Numbered from the stretch's first letter, positions 8,076 through 16,426 are shown. The stretch: 20,000 nt of DNA from an uncultured virus (IMG/VR IMGVR_UViG_3300007986_000015) (IMGVR_UViG_3300007986_000015); one strand, 5' to 3'. The notes: generated from the sequence alone by a model not told the origin. Program-made: numbers and translations.

Positions 8076-8906
8076 ATGCCGGCTAAGACACCTTACTTAC
8101 TACCCGAATCATTTCGGTTCGGTGTAGAGATTGAATTTATGGATACGCCATTGAAAACATTTGCGCCCATATTCAATCAACAAAAGTCTAAGTATCGTCA
8201 TGGCGTCAAGTGTTCGCTCGATGGCTGGGATGATGTTGATTCCAAATATAAGCATTGGCAGCTTATTGCCGACTATTCCGTAACTGAGATGGATGATTCT
8301 GGCGATGACGTTGGAGGTGAAATAGTCTCTCCAATCCTTGACGTATGTAAAGAGTCATTTTTGGAAATCGCTAAGACTATTAAGCTTGTGAATAACAACG
8401 ACGGTCGATTTGGCAGCGAGACGGGTTATCACATCCACGTTGACTTGGGCGACCTCGATCGTCTTGTGTTTCTAGCGATATGGTATGAAATGTCTTCGGA
8501 CATCTATGGTATCTTTCCCGATCGCGCCAATAGCCACTACAGTCAGTCACTCATCCGAGTTAATCCGCACGGACCAGACGTCCCAATGATTAATAAAGTA
8601 GCTACACTGCTGCTTAACAACCCAGGCCTCATCGGGGAGAAGTACACCGATGTACACCTCTATGGCGAAGACGATTGCCGACGAGCAGAGATCCGATGTG
8701 CCCAGATGGTGGACGACTACGACCTGATAATCGGTTGGACGAAGATGGTGCTACAGATCGTCAATTACGCCCATCAATTCCATGACATATTCGAGTTGAT
8801 TGATACACGACCTTCAGCTTCAATTGTCTATCTCAATGATCACGCTCCTCGAGTTTTGAAGATGACCAAGAATGAATTGCATGCAATTCGAACCAGCGAC
8901 ATATAG
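8076..8906 (+). CDS. Putative amidoligase (COOH-NH2 ligase type 2, glutamine synthetase/GCS fold)
   Basis: FGVEIEF, W..IADYSV, GEIVSPIL, TGYHIHV, AEIR motifs. Confidence 0.8.
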   Translation: MPAKTPYLLPESFRFGVEIEFMDTPLKTFAPIFNQQKSKYRHGVKCSLDGWDDVDSKYKHWQLIADYSVTEMDDSGDDVGGEIVSPILDVCKESFLEIAKTIKLVNNNDGRFGSETGYHIHVDLGDLDRLVFLAIWYEMSSDIYGIFPDRANSHYSQSLIRVNPHGPDVPMINKVATLLLNNPGLIGEKYTDVHLYGEDDCRRAEIRCAQMVDDYDLIIGWTKMVLQIVNYAHQFHDIFELIDTRPSASIVYLNDHAPRVLKMTKNELHAIRTSDI

Positions 8907-8914
8907 GATCCATT

Positions 8915-9607
8915 ATGGCAACTGAAGTAATCAACCTTGAAGGTATAACTGAGACGTACCCAGGTGTATTCTACATCAAAAAGAATAAGTACGTCCTCGT
9001 TAAAGACGGTGAGCAGTACATCCTTACGCAGGATCAAATAGATCGCTTGGCTAAAAGTGTGATGGGTCATTACGAGGAGATGGTGCGTGATTTTAAGCCA
9101 CGAAAGAAGCGTAAGCCACGCCAACCGCGGAAGCCTAAGGCCAAAGTCGTGGGCACAATTGGTGGGACGACTACCGGCGCAACTGAACCCAAGAGTGATC
9201 CAACACCTAAAGGTTCAATGGTCGCATACCTTGAAGATCCTGAGAAGCTAGTGGGCGTCTGCAGGCATGATCTACAGTATATCCTTCAGTGTATTGACGA
9301 TGAGCTTGAGACTATTAAGGAACGGAAGAAGGAAATCCGAAAGGATACCACCCGCACTGACGATCAAAAGATTCTGGATAAGAAGGAATGTGATAAAGGT
9401 CTCCGTCTCTTCAAGAAGCTTCAGAAATTTGCTGAACCGTTGGTGGCTACTGCCAAACGAGCTCCAGCCAAGAAGAAAACTACAGCCAAGGCCCCGGTGA
9501 AGACTCGTGTGAAGCTCACAACAGCTAAACCTGCCCAAAAGACGGCTCCAAAGAAGCCCTCAAGACGTCCGCGGGGTAAGACTAAGGTTAATACCCTCCC
9601 AATATGA
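8915..9607 (+). CDS. Lys-rich protein with histone-H1-like K/A/P/T tail
   Basis: KPRKKRKPRQPRKPKAK, a central coiled coil and the tail AKRAPAKKKTTAKAP...PKKPSRRPRGK. Confidence 0.75.
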   Translation: MATEVINLEGITETYPGVFYIKKNKYVLVKDGEQYILTQDQIDRLAKSVMGHYEEMVRDFKPRKKRKPRQPRKPKAKVVGTIGGTTTGATEPKSDPTPKGSMVAYLEDPEKLVGVCRHDLQYILQCIDDELETIKERKKEIRKDTTRTDDQKILDKKECDKGLRLFKKLQKFAEPLVATAKRAPAKKKTTAKAPVKTRVKLTTAKPAQKTAPKKPSRRPRGKTKVNTLPI

Positions 9608-9647
9608 TCCAAGTGATTCTAGGGCCTCTCAGGAGCCGAAAATAATG

Positions 9648-9677
9648 GTGTACATTAGGCCAGTGATATGGTATATT
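9648..9677 (+). promoter_or_regulatory. Early promoter P4
   Basis: AAAATAATG-GTGTAC N18 TATATT. Confidence 0.8.
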
Positions 9678-9706
9678 AGTCTAGTTATTATTAATAAGGA
9701 ATTGAG

Positions 9707-9877
9707 ATGATTGAGAAAAATGATGTAATAGCCGTAAAGCTGGCCCGAATTCTGGCCACGATGGATGTTCCATCGCTACGGATAGATGACATCAATTGGC
9801 TGAGTCGCAATCTTGCAGTTCGTAATGCTTCACATCCGGATTTTAAAACCGCTAATAAGTTGATCCGTCAACTGTAG
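9707..9877 (+). CDS. Small hypothetical protein (56 aa)
   Basis: SD TAAGGA, ATG 9707, MIEKNDVIAVKLARILATMDVP...IRQL*. Below the ORF-track cutoff. Confidence 0.7.
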   Translation: MIEKNDVIAVKLARILATMDVPSLRIDDINWLSRNLAVRNASHPDFKTANKLIRQL

Positions 9878-9897
9878 CACAACACAAGAAAGTAATT

Positions 9898-10053
9898 ATG
9901 CTCATAGCAAAAATTATCGTACTATTTATTGGTGTGTTATTCACATTCAGTAACACGTATCGAATCATGGCAAGAAACGATCTGCCAGCCATCACCATTA
10001 TCTTGCAGTCAATCGCCATCACGGCATTTGTCGTACTTCAATGGCTTATCTAA
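9898..10053 (+). CDS. Small membrane protein (51 aa, two hydrophobic segments)
   Basis: MLIAKIIVLFIGVLFTFSNTYRIMARNDLPAITIILQSIAITAFVVLQWLI*. Confidence 0.7.
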   Translation: MLIAKIIVLFIGVLFTFSNTYRIMARNDLPAITIILQSIAITAFVVLQWLI

Positions 10054-10067
10054 CACCCAAGGAATAT

Positions 10068-10409
10068 ATGAAAAACATACCCACACCATACGACAGCGAG
10101 CTCGCCACCTTGATTAACAAAGGCACTGAGATTCGCAAAGTGATTGCCGAAAAGACGACCGATGAAGCGGCAAAGCTGTCACGCATCGCTGTGCAATTGC
10201 AAAAACTACGAGCTAGTCAAGCTGAGTACATTAAGAAGGCTAAGGCAGTTCGTAGACAGAAGCCCGACGTAATATTGTATTGGGATAGTGGTTTAGAATT
10301 TCGATCATCGGCACCTCGCTCACCTCTACAGAGTGGTTCAGGTCTATATGATCTACTGGACATGATCGTCACTCGCGGAGTTCCTACATCATTCGAATGC
10401 AGAGGATAG
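10068..10409 (+). CDS. Hypothetical protein
   Basis: ATG 10068 behind AAGGAA; coiled-coil-like N-terminal half. Confidence 0.7.
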   Translation: MKNIPTPYDSELATLINKGTEIRKVIAEKTTDEAAKLSRIAVQLQKLRASQAEYIKKAKAVRRQKPDVILYWDSGLEFRSSAPRSPLQSGSGLYDLLDMIVTRGVPTSFECRG

Positions 10410-10410
10410 C

Positions 10411-10971
10411 ATGATTAAATGCATCACTGATACTGAGACCACAGGCCTCGATCCAGAAATCCACACCGTTCACCAGTTGTCATGCATTGTCTTGGATGAT
10501 AAGGACGTAGAGATTGATTTAATTGATCTAAAGTTTAGGCCTGCTAAGCTTGATTACGAACAGGCAGCATTAGAGAAATCACACATCACTATGGAAGAGC
10601 TTTATAGTCGAGAACTCTCGTCAGAAGATGCATTTAAGATCTATACGAAGTTCCTTGACAAGTACGCCGACCGCTTTAATCCCAAAGATAAGATGCAATT
10701 CGTTGCGTACAATTCAGTTTTCGACGAAGACTTTGTCAGCAAGTGGTTTGATAATACACCCATGGATTATATGTATGGCAGCTATTTTTGGCGCCCATCG
10801 CTGTGTCTCTATCGTGTAGCAGCATGGATTCTACGAGACGCCAGGGTAACATCCGCATTCACTCTCAAATCGTTATGTGAATTTGCTGGAATTGAGTTCA
10901 ACGAAGACGATGCGCATGATGCAATGTATGATGCGCGGAAAACTGCTGAGCTTTATTTGAAGCTCGTATAA
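10411..10971 (+). CDS. DEDDh 3'-5' exonuclease (DNA Pol III epsilon-like)
   Basis: ExoI DTETTG, ExoII AYNSVFD, ExoIII AHDAMYD. Confidence 0.9.
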   Translation: MIKCITDTETTGLDPEIHTVHQLSCIVLDDKDVEIDLIDLKFRPAKLDYEQAALEKSHITMEELYSRELSSEDAFKIYTKFLDKYADRFNPKDKMQFVAYNSVFDEDFVSKWFDNTPMDYMYGSYFWRPSLCLYRVAAWILRDARVTSAFTLKSLCEFAGIEFNEDDAHDAMYDARKTAELYLKLV

Positions 10972-10982
10972 AGGAAACAACT

Positions 10983-11195
10983 ATGATTAATGATACATGT
11001 TCATGCGGAGCAGCGATTGCAATTCGCCAAGAGACAGCCGCCGAAGAATTGGCCCTACATAAGGAGTGGTTATCCGCGCATAAAGGGTGTCGGGGTGGTG
11101 GCATCAACGATGTTGAGCTCATAGGCTCATACCATACGAGCGGCGGCAGTTGGCCGCCTAAACTAGATGAGACAAAAATTTATTGCCAAGCATAA
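10983..11195 (+). CDS. Small Cys/His-containing hypothetical protein
   Basis: SD AAGGA; CSCG...H..W...H..C pattern, possibly metal-binding. Confidence 0.7.
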   Translation: MINDTCSCGAAIAIRQETAAEELALHKEWLSAHKGCRGGGINDVELIGSYHTSGGSWPPKLDETKIYCQA

Positions 11196-11356
11196 TGAGT
11201 ACAAGTCAGGAACGCAATGCCACAGGGGCTGGGAAAGGTGATGCAGAACGCATTTCCAATCGAAAGATTTACGACGAGCGCTTTGACGCAATTAATTGGG
11301 CGTCAAAACAACAGAAAGATAAGATGAAAGAACACATATATAAAGGAACAAAATAA
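11195..11356 (+). CDS. Small hypothetical protein (53 aa)
   Basis: TAATG coupling; MSTSQERNATGAGKGDAERISNRKIYDERFDAINW..., fills the gap before uvsX. Confidence 0.65.
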   Translation: MSTSQERNATGAGKGDAERISNRKIYDERFDAINWASKQQKDKMKEHIYKGTK

Positions 11357-11357
11357 C

Positions 11358-12407
11358 ATGGGATCATTACTAGCCAAATTAAAGAAGAGTTCAAAACTCT
11401 CAAAGACGGATGGTCTTGCAACGTCAGTATACTTCAACGACGTACCTCTGACGCCCACCTCAGTTCCAATGATTAACGTTGCGCTTAGTGGTTCCATCGA
11501 TGGAGGTATTGGACCTGGGCTGACGATGCTTGCAGGACCGAGTAAGCATTTCAAAACGAGCTTCGCTTTGTTGATGGCCGCGTCATATTTGAAGGCACAT
11601 CCCGAATCTGTGTTGATGTTCTATGATTCTGAATTCGGAACACCCCAGGCGTACTTTAACGCTTTTGGTATCGACACTGAACGAGTGTTGCATGTTCCTA
11701 TTATGAATATCGAAGAATTGAAATTCGACCTTGTTCATCAGCTCGAAACGCTGGAAAACAAGGAAGACGTTATCATCATCATTGATTCAATTGGTAACCT
11801 AGCATCTAAAAAGGAATTGGAAGACGCTTTGTCCGAGAGTAGCAAAGCTGATATGACTAGAGCCAAGGCGCTTAAAGGTCTCTTCCGAATGGTAACACCC
11901 TACCTTCAAACGAAAAACATCCCAATGATCGCAGTGAATCACACGTATAAGACGCAGGAAATGTTTAGTACTGATGTTGTTTCTGGTGGAACAGGCATAT
12001 ATTATTCAGCGAATAACATCTGGATTATTGGACGTCGTCAGGATAAGCAGGGTGTTGAGATTAAGGGATACCACTTCATCATTAACATCGAGAAATCTCG
12101 ATTCGTTAAAGAGAAGTCGAAGATTCCTATCTCTGTATCATGGGAAGGCGGGATCATGAAATGGTCGGGCCTCCTTGAAGTTGGTCTAGAATCAGGTTGG
12201 GTTATGAAGCCCAAGAAAGGTTACTACACCGTTGTTGATACTCCGGGTGGTGATAAACCAGTCGGCAAAATTTGCAGTGAAAATAAGACTCACTGTGCAG
12301 AATTCTGGCAGCCGCTATTAACTAACGCACAGTTCCTACAGTGGATCAAGGAACGTTACACTATCGGCGAGGTTGCCATGGCACAATACGAAGAAGAGGA
12401 CATATAA
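11358..12407 (+). CDS. uvsX: UvsX RecA-like recombinase
   Basis: INVALSG, AGPSKHFKT Walker A, FYDSEFG, IDSIGNLASKKE, DMTRAK, GGTGIYYSA, EKSRFVKEK: T4 UvsX signature. Confidence 0.97.
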   Translation: MGSLLAKLKKSSKLSKTDGLATSVYFNDVPLTPTSVPMINVALSGSIDGGIGPGLTMLAGPSKHFKTSFALLMAASYLKAHPESVLMFYDSEFGTPQAYFNAFGIDTERVLHVPIMNIEELKFDLVHQLETLENKEDVIIIIDSIGNLASKKELEDALSESSKADMTRAKALKGLFRMVTPYLQTKNIPMIAVNHTYKTQEMFSTDVVSGGTGIYYSANNIWIIGRRQDKQGVEIKGYHFIINIEKSRFVKEKSKIPISVSWEGGIMKWSGLLEVGLESGWVMKPKKGYYTVVDTPGGDKPVGKICSENKTHCAEFWQPLLTNAQFLQWIKERYTIGEVAMAQYEEEDI

Positions 12408-12408
12408 A

Positions 12409-12765
12409 ATGATGGAGCAAATCACAGTAATACCCACCGAGCAAATTGATGAAAAGACCGGACACCCATTCGCTAAGATGCGGTGTGAATCAGGAGAGTT
12501 TAAGGGCGTGCTATTTCAAATAGGCGCCGTGAGTTTCCCAACAATGGAAGGTGATTCCATTGAAGATCAGAATGGTAATGTCCCGATGCACATCGAATTT
12601 AACATTCTCGAAATTCCCGATTATGGTACCATAATCGGCCGATCATGCAAGACGAAAGAATCGATTGAATGTGATCCTGCATTTCATCAGCTTCTTGCTG
12701 ATATCGTCGTTAAGTCGATATCTCAGATGATTGATGAAAAGGATGTTGAGAAAGTAAAGCAGTGA
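12409..12765 (+). CDS. Protein in the gp40 (head vertex assembly chaperone) position
   Basis: Syntenic between uvsX and gene 41 as in T4. Similar size and acidic character, but the sequence match is unverified. Confidence 0.55.
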   Translation: MMEQITVIPTEQIDEKTGHPFAKMRCESGEFKGVLFQIGAVSFPTMEGDSIEDQNGNVPMHIEFNILEIPDYGTIIGRSCKTKESIECDPAFHQLLADIVVKSISQMIDEKDVEKVKQ

Positions 12766-12911
12766 TTCATTTAGTACTCGGCCGCGATGGCAATGGCTCT
12801 ACAATGAATGTTGAAGGTGTATGGGATGATGAGTCATCGGCTCACACCCATCGCCAACAACTCGAATCTAATTATAGTTTGGTAACCGTAGAGAGTTACG
12901 AAATTGAATAG
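12762..12911 (+). CDS. Small hypothetical protein (49 aa)
   Basis: GTGA overlap; MIHLVLGRDGNGSTMNVEGVWDDESSAHTHRQQLESNYSLVTVESYEIE*. Confidence 0.55.
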   Translation: MIHLVLGRDGNGSTMNVEGVWDDESSAHTHRQQLESNYSLVTVESYEIE

Positions 12912-12940
12912 TGTACATCTAACCGACGATATGGTATAAT
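12911..12940 (+). promoter_or_regulatory. Early promoter P5, directly upstream of the helicase
   Basis: GTGTAC 12911-12916 N18 TATAAT 12935-12940. Confidence 0.75.
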
Positions 12941-12946
12941 AGACAT

Positions 12947-14323
12947 ATGGAAGATATTAGCGAATTAGTAATTAAAAATATTGTAGCGAATGAGGAGTAC
13001 TGCCGAACAGTATTGCCATTCCTCAAGAAAGAATACTTTGATGGCCATGCCAGATTTGTATTTGACCTGCTCGTAAAGTTTGTCACCAAATATAATACGA
13101 TGCCCAATTGCTCTACTATGGAGTATGAATTCTCTCAACTTGAATCTCATCCCGAGCAAGCACAAGAAATTCATGCTTATATTAAGCGAGCATTCACTAT
13201 AACGGATGACGAACGATCTACGGATATGACATGGCTCGTTGAAACCACAGAGAAGTGGTGTCAGGATCGAGCTGTTTATTTGGCTGTCCTTAAGTCAATT
13301 GAAATCATCAACGGAAATAACGCTGAGATGTTACCCAGCGCTATTCCTGATATGCTTCAACAAGCATTGGGTGTGGGTTTCGATCGTGACATTGGTCATG
13401 ACTACATGGAAAATTCAGACAAGCGTTTTGAATACTACCACACCCCGGAGAACAAGGTGCCTTTCGATTTAGAGATGCTTAATAAGATCACTGGTGGAGG
13501 TGTTAAAAGGAAAACACTAAACATCTTTCTTGGAGGTACCGGCACAGGTAAGAGTATGACACTGTGTCACCTTGCTGCAGCATATATAACTCAAGGTATT
13601 AATTGCCTATACATCACCATGGAAATGAGTGAGGAGAAAATCGCTGAACGTATTGATGCCAATCTATTTGACGTCAACATCAACGAAATTGCTTCTCTAA
13701 CCAAAGGTGAATTCAATAAAGCAATCCACAAGATCCGCACAACTTCGTCCGGCCGACTGATTATCAAGGAATACCCGACGGCTGCAGCGCATGCAGGACA
13801 TTTTAGAGCATTGCTTTCTGAACTGAAGTTGAAAAAGGATTTTATTCCTGACGTAATCTTAATCGATTACATTAACATCTGCGCCTCATCTCGTATTAAG
13901 GGAATGGGTGGATCCATTGGTTCATACGGCTATATCAAGGCGATTGCTGAAGAGCTTCGAGGCCTGGCAATTGAAACCGATACGATCATGTGGTCGGCTA
14001 CGCAAACTAACCGTGATGGTATGAATTCTTCGGATGTCGATATCACCAATACGTCTGAGTCCTTTGGCCTACCCGCTACAGCAGATTTAATGTTGGCTTT
14101 GATCACTACAGAAGAGCTTGAAGAGTTAGATCAAATATTGGTCAAACAACTTAAGAATCGATATAATGACGTAGCCTATTACCGTCGCTTTGTGTTGGGA
14201 ATGGAACGCGCCAAGATGCGCCTATATGATGCTGAGGAATCAGCTCAGACCGATGTGTTGTCGGGCGATACGTCATTCACTGCTACAACCGATGAGCCGG
14301 ACTACAGCGAATTCAAAATGTAA
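12947..14323 (+). CDS. 41: Replicative DnaB-family helicase, T4 gp41 type
   Basis: VLPFLKKEYF, TEKWCQDRA, GGTGTGKS Walker A, ITMEMSEEKIAERIDAN, IKEYPT, IDYINIC, SATQTNR, TSESFGLPATAD, KQLKNRY. Confidence 0.97.
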   Translation: MEDISELVIKNIVANEEYCRTVLPFLKKEYFDGHARFVFDLLVKFVTKYNTMPNCSTMEYEFSQLESHPEQAQEIHAYIKRAFTITDDERSTDMTWLVETTEKWCQDRAVYLAVLKSIEIINGNNAEMLPSAIPDMLQQALGVGFDRDIGHDYMENSDKRFEYYHTPENKVPFDLEMLNKITGGGVKRKTLNIFLGGTGTGKSMTLCHLAAAYITQGINCLYITMEMSEEKIAERIDANLFDVNINEIASLTKGEFNKAIHKIRTTSSGRLIIKEYPTAAAHAGHFRALLSELKLKKDFIPDVILIDYINICASSRIKGMGGSIGSYGYIKAIAEELRGLAIETDTIMWSATQTNRDGMNSSDVDITNTSESFGLPATADLMLALITTEELEELDQILVKQLKNRYNDVAYYRRFVLGMERAKMRLYDAEESAQTDVLSGDTSFTATTDEPDYSEFKM

Positions 14324-14355
14324 AGAATAATCATCAGAAAACAAATGGATATGAC

Positions 14356-14757
14356 ATGAAGAAAACAAAAACACACAAACGATTACTGAATTGGCTGGCA
14401 CGGAAGAGTGATCTCTATTTAGATACTCGTAATCAATTACGGCGCGCGGAAAGCTCTCTACAAATTATGAAGCGGGATTCTGATGAGCTAGGGGAAAGGG
14501 TTGCTGAAATATCACGTAAGCTTTGTTCAGTCGAAGTGCGTCGTGTCAATCATTCTTATCCTAAGCTTCGTGTATGCATCGACATCGATTCTGCAATTTT
14601 AGAGTACGGTTTCATGCATGGCGATGATCACGTTGCCATCGAGCACGTTGGCCGAGAAATAGGCTATCGCGCAGCTCAGGAAATTCAACGTGCAAATTTC
14701 CGTAGATCTGACATCCGCCCTTTAGGATTGGAATATGCAGATCATATCAATCAATAA
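14356..14757 (+). CDS. Hypothetical protein
   Basis: 133-aa ORF co-oriented with, and directly after, gene 41. Confidence 0.7.
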   Translation: MKKTKTHKRLLNWLARKSDLYLDTRNQLRRAESSLQIMKRDSDELGERVAEISRKLCSVEVRRVNHSYPKLRVCIDIDSAILEYGFMHGDDHVAIEHVGREIGYRAAQEIQRANFRRSDIRPLGLEYADHINQ

Positions 14758-14785
14758 CAAACACAACATAAGGAACATATAGCCT

Positions 14786-14977
14786 GATCCAAGCTTCTAA
14801 TCACCCTCAGGATCACTTTTCAGCAAATTGAGGGTGATTATATGGATCTAGAGCCCCAACGGCCTCCTGAAGGCCCGAGGGGCTTCTATGCATAAAGGAC
14901 TGATCTAGCCATACTTAGCAAAAAAGTGCTGAAAACCGAAAATAATGGTGTACTTTAGTACGAATCTGTGGTATAAT
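14786..14977 (+). repeat. Repeated intergenic regulatory cassette, copy 3, including early promoter P6
   Basis: 12-bp IR TAATCACCCTCA/TGAGGGTGATTA (14798-14840), GC hairpin 14851-14886, box TAAA-N16-ACTTA 14893-14917 plus GCAAAAAAGTGCT, GTGTAC 14948 N18 TATAAT 14972. Confidence 0.8.
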
Positions 14978-15024
14978 AATTCTATGAGGGTTACAGTTAC
15001 AAAGAAGCTAATGGAGCAACAGTT

Positions 15025-15486
15025 ATGAAGGTAGTCAACGTCGATCAGCGTGAGCGGAATTATCAAGAACGCAGTTTTAATCACTGCAAGGTGATGGTGT
15101 CCTGCAGTGATGATAACATGGATATTCGATCCATCATCGATAAGTGGTTCATGGCTAACGAGATCTGGGAACTAAAAGTTAAGTCCAAGGCGTGGGGCGC
15201 TCTTACCCGCTTTACGAATAAGATCGTCTATGCCGGTCTCGTAGAACACTTCGATGTTCCTCTGAAAAATGTGTGGTTTTCACAGAAGGCTGGATGCAGC
15301 TGCGGTTGCTCACCAGGATTCATCGTCAGGGGTGGGAAACGGGGCACTTGGGCTTTCCTTACCCTGGAATTCACTGAGGAAGAAGTCGCAGCCACTTTGG
15401 ATTTGATTAAGTCCAAGAAGGTTGCAAAATTGCTGGCAGCTGATATGGCAGCCCATAAAGCTGCAGTAGCTAATAACATTAAGTAA
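15025..15486 (+). CDS. Hypothetical early protein with GCSCGCSPGF motif
   Basis: SD GGAG; first gene after P6. Confidence 0.8.
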   Translation: MKVVNVDQRERNYQERSFNHCKVMVSCSDDNMDIRSIIDKWFMANEIWELKVKSKAWGALTRFTNKIVYAGLVEHFDVPLKNVWFSQKAGCSCGCSPGFIVRGGKRGTWAFLTLEFTEEEVAATLDLIKSKKVAKLLAADMAAHKAAVANNIK

Positions 15487-15500
15487 AGAGGGAAGACGCA

Positions 15501-15719
15501 ATGGCAATTTTAACAGAGCATCCGAACACCAAGCTGACGATTGATCTCAGTGGACCTGAGGGTAATGCCTTTTGTTTGATAGGAGCAGCAAAGCGTTTTG
15601 CAAAACGCATGGACCTTGATGGTGCTGCTATCGTCACTGAAATGACGACAAGCGATTATGAGAATTTGATTCAGGTATTCGACAAGTACTTCGGCGAGTG
15701 CGTTGATCTCATAAGATAA
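15501..15719 (+). CDS. Conserved small phage hypothetical protein
   Basis: IDLSGPEGNAF.LIG...EM...DYENL..VFD..FG pattern, recalled as common in phages. Confidence 0.8.
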   Translation: MAILTEHPNTKLTIDLSGPEGNAFCLIGAAKRFAKRMDLDGAAIVTEMTTSDYENLIQVFDKYFGECVDLIR

Positions 15720-15741
15720 GCATTCGAGTCTGAAAATAATG

Positions 15742-15771
15742 GTGTACAAATCTGATAGACTATGGTATATT
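15742..15771 (+). promoter_or_regulatory. Early promoter P7
   Basis: AAAATAATG-GTGTAC N18 TATATT. The -10 lies inside a TATGGTA-N6-TACCATA palindrome (15761-15780). Confidence 0.8.
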
Positions 15772-15806
15772 AGTACCATAATAAATTAACAGTGAGAGAG
15801 AAGATT

Positions 15807-15995
15807 ATGAAGACAGTGATTATGTTGGTGCCGATGTTATTGGTGTGCCTATTTGTGAGTGGTTGGGTGATGAATGTAGTTAAGGTTTGCCAGTGCGATT
15901 TTGAAGCGCCATTTAAGGCCGAGACGATTCGGGGCGTGGGAGTTTTCATCCCACCAGTCGGTGCTGTTGCCGGATGGTGTACAATCGAAGATTAA
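15807..15995 (+). CDS. Small membrane protein
   Basis: Hydrophobic N-terminus, GWVMNVVK...IRGVGVFIPPVGAVAGW. Confidence 0.75.
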   Translation: MKTVIMLVPMLLVCLFVSGWVMNVVKVCQCDFEAPFKAETIRGVGVFIPPVGAVAGWCTIED

Positions 15996-15998
15996 TCT

Positions 15999-16130
15999 TA
16001 CAGCGAACAAGCTGTGTTGCAACAAGGATGAACGAGTACGAACAGGTCCAATCGCGAAAGTTGCAGAAAGATCATCCTAAAAGTTCATGGGTCTTCTCGG
16101 GTTACCATGTAAAATAATATAATCCGAGCC
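15999..16130 (+). ncRNA. Candidate structured RNA ending in an H-type pseudoknot
   Basis: Hairpins ACAGC/GCTGT and AGGATGA/TCATCCT; pseudoknot S1 16086-90/16105-09 and S2 16096-104/16120-28. No credible ORF. Confidence 0.45.
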
Positions 16131-16139
16131 AATTTGATA

Positions 16140-16147
16140 TATAAATA
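16140..16147 (+). promoter_or_regulatory. T4-type late promoter
   Basis: Exact TATAAATA, intergenic, upstream of the RNA cluster. Confidence 0.7.
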
Positions 16148-16149
16148 TT

Positions 16150-16320
16150 ATAACAGAACAGTGGTAGGGCCAAGAGATGAGGTCGATATCGGAGACGATG
16201 GATTAGGGGTCATCCGGTAAATGTTGATTTTTGAGTGGTTGGAGGAACGTGTAAGGGTTGCCGCCCTGATAGTTTGTCCTTAAGAGATACCCGTGACGTA
16301 ACACGGCAATGTTAAAAAAC
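16150..16320 (+). ncRNA. Candidate late ncRNA or tRNA leader
   Basis: ORF-less and purine-rich, with small hairpins ATCG-GAGA-CGAT, AGGG..CCCT and CCGTG..CACGG. Confidence 0.35.
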
Positions 16321-16324
16321 AGGT

Positions 16325-16396
16325 AATGAATTCGTCTAATTGGCAAGACACCAGCGTTTAGCTGGAATCATGAGGTTCGAATCCCCATATTCAATT
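16325..16396 (+). tRNA. Aberrant tRNA-like element (undetermined isotype or pseudo-tRNA)
   Basis: Acceptor AATGAAT/ATTCAAT, D arm GTCT-AATTGGCA-AGAC, anticodon stem CCAGC/GCTGG with only a 5-nt loop (GTTTA), T loop TTCGAAT; no CCA. Confidence 0.6.
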
Positions 16397-16426
16397 GCTC
16401 TTCCCTTCGGGGCCCTCACCTTTTTA

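Noticed and set aside
16185..16310. Group I intron core or self-cleaving ribozyme (TAAGAGATACCC resembles the S element)
   Set aside because: No matching P7 partner strand or interrupted gene was found, and no hammerhead or HDV-like core could be built by eye.
16351..16365. Reading the tRNA-like element as a TTA (ochre) suppressor, implying stop-codon recoding
   Set aside because: Placing TTA at 34-36 destroys the anticodon stem, and conserved genes (uvsX, 41) end normally at TAA with full length.
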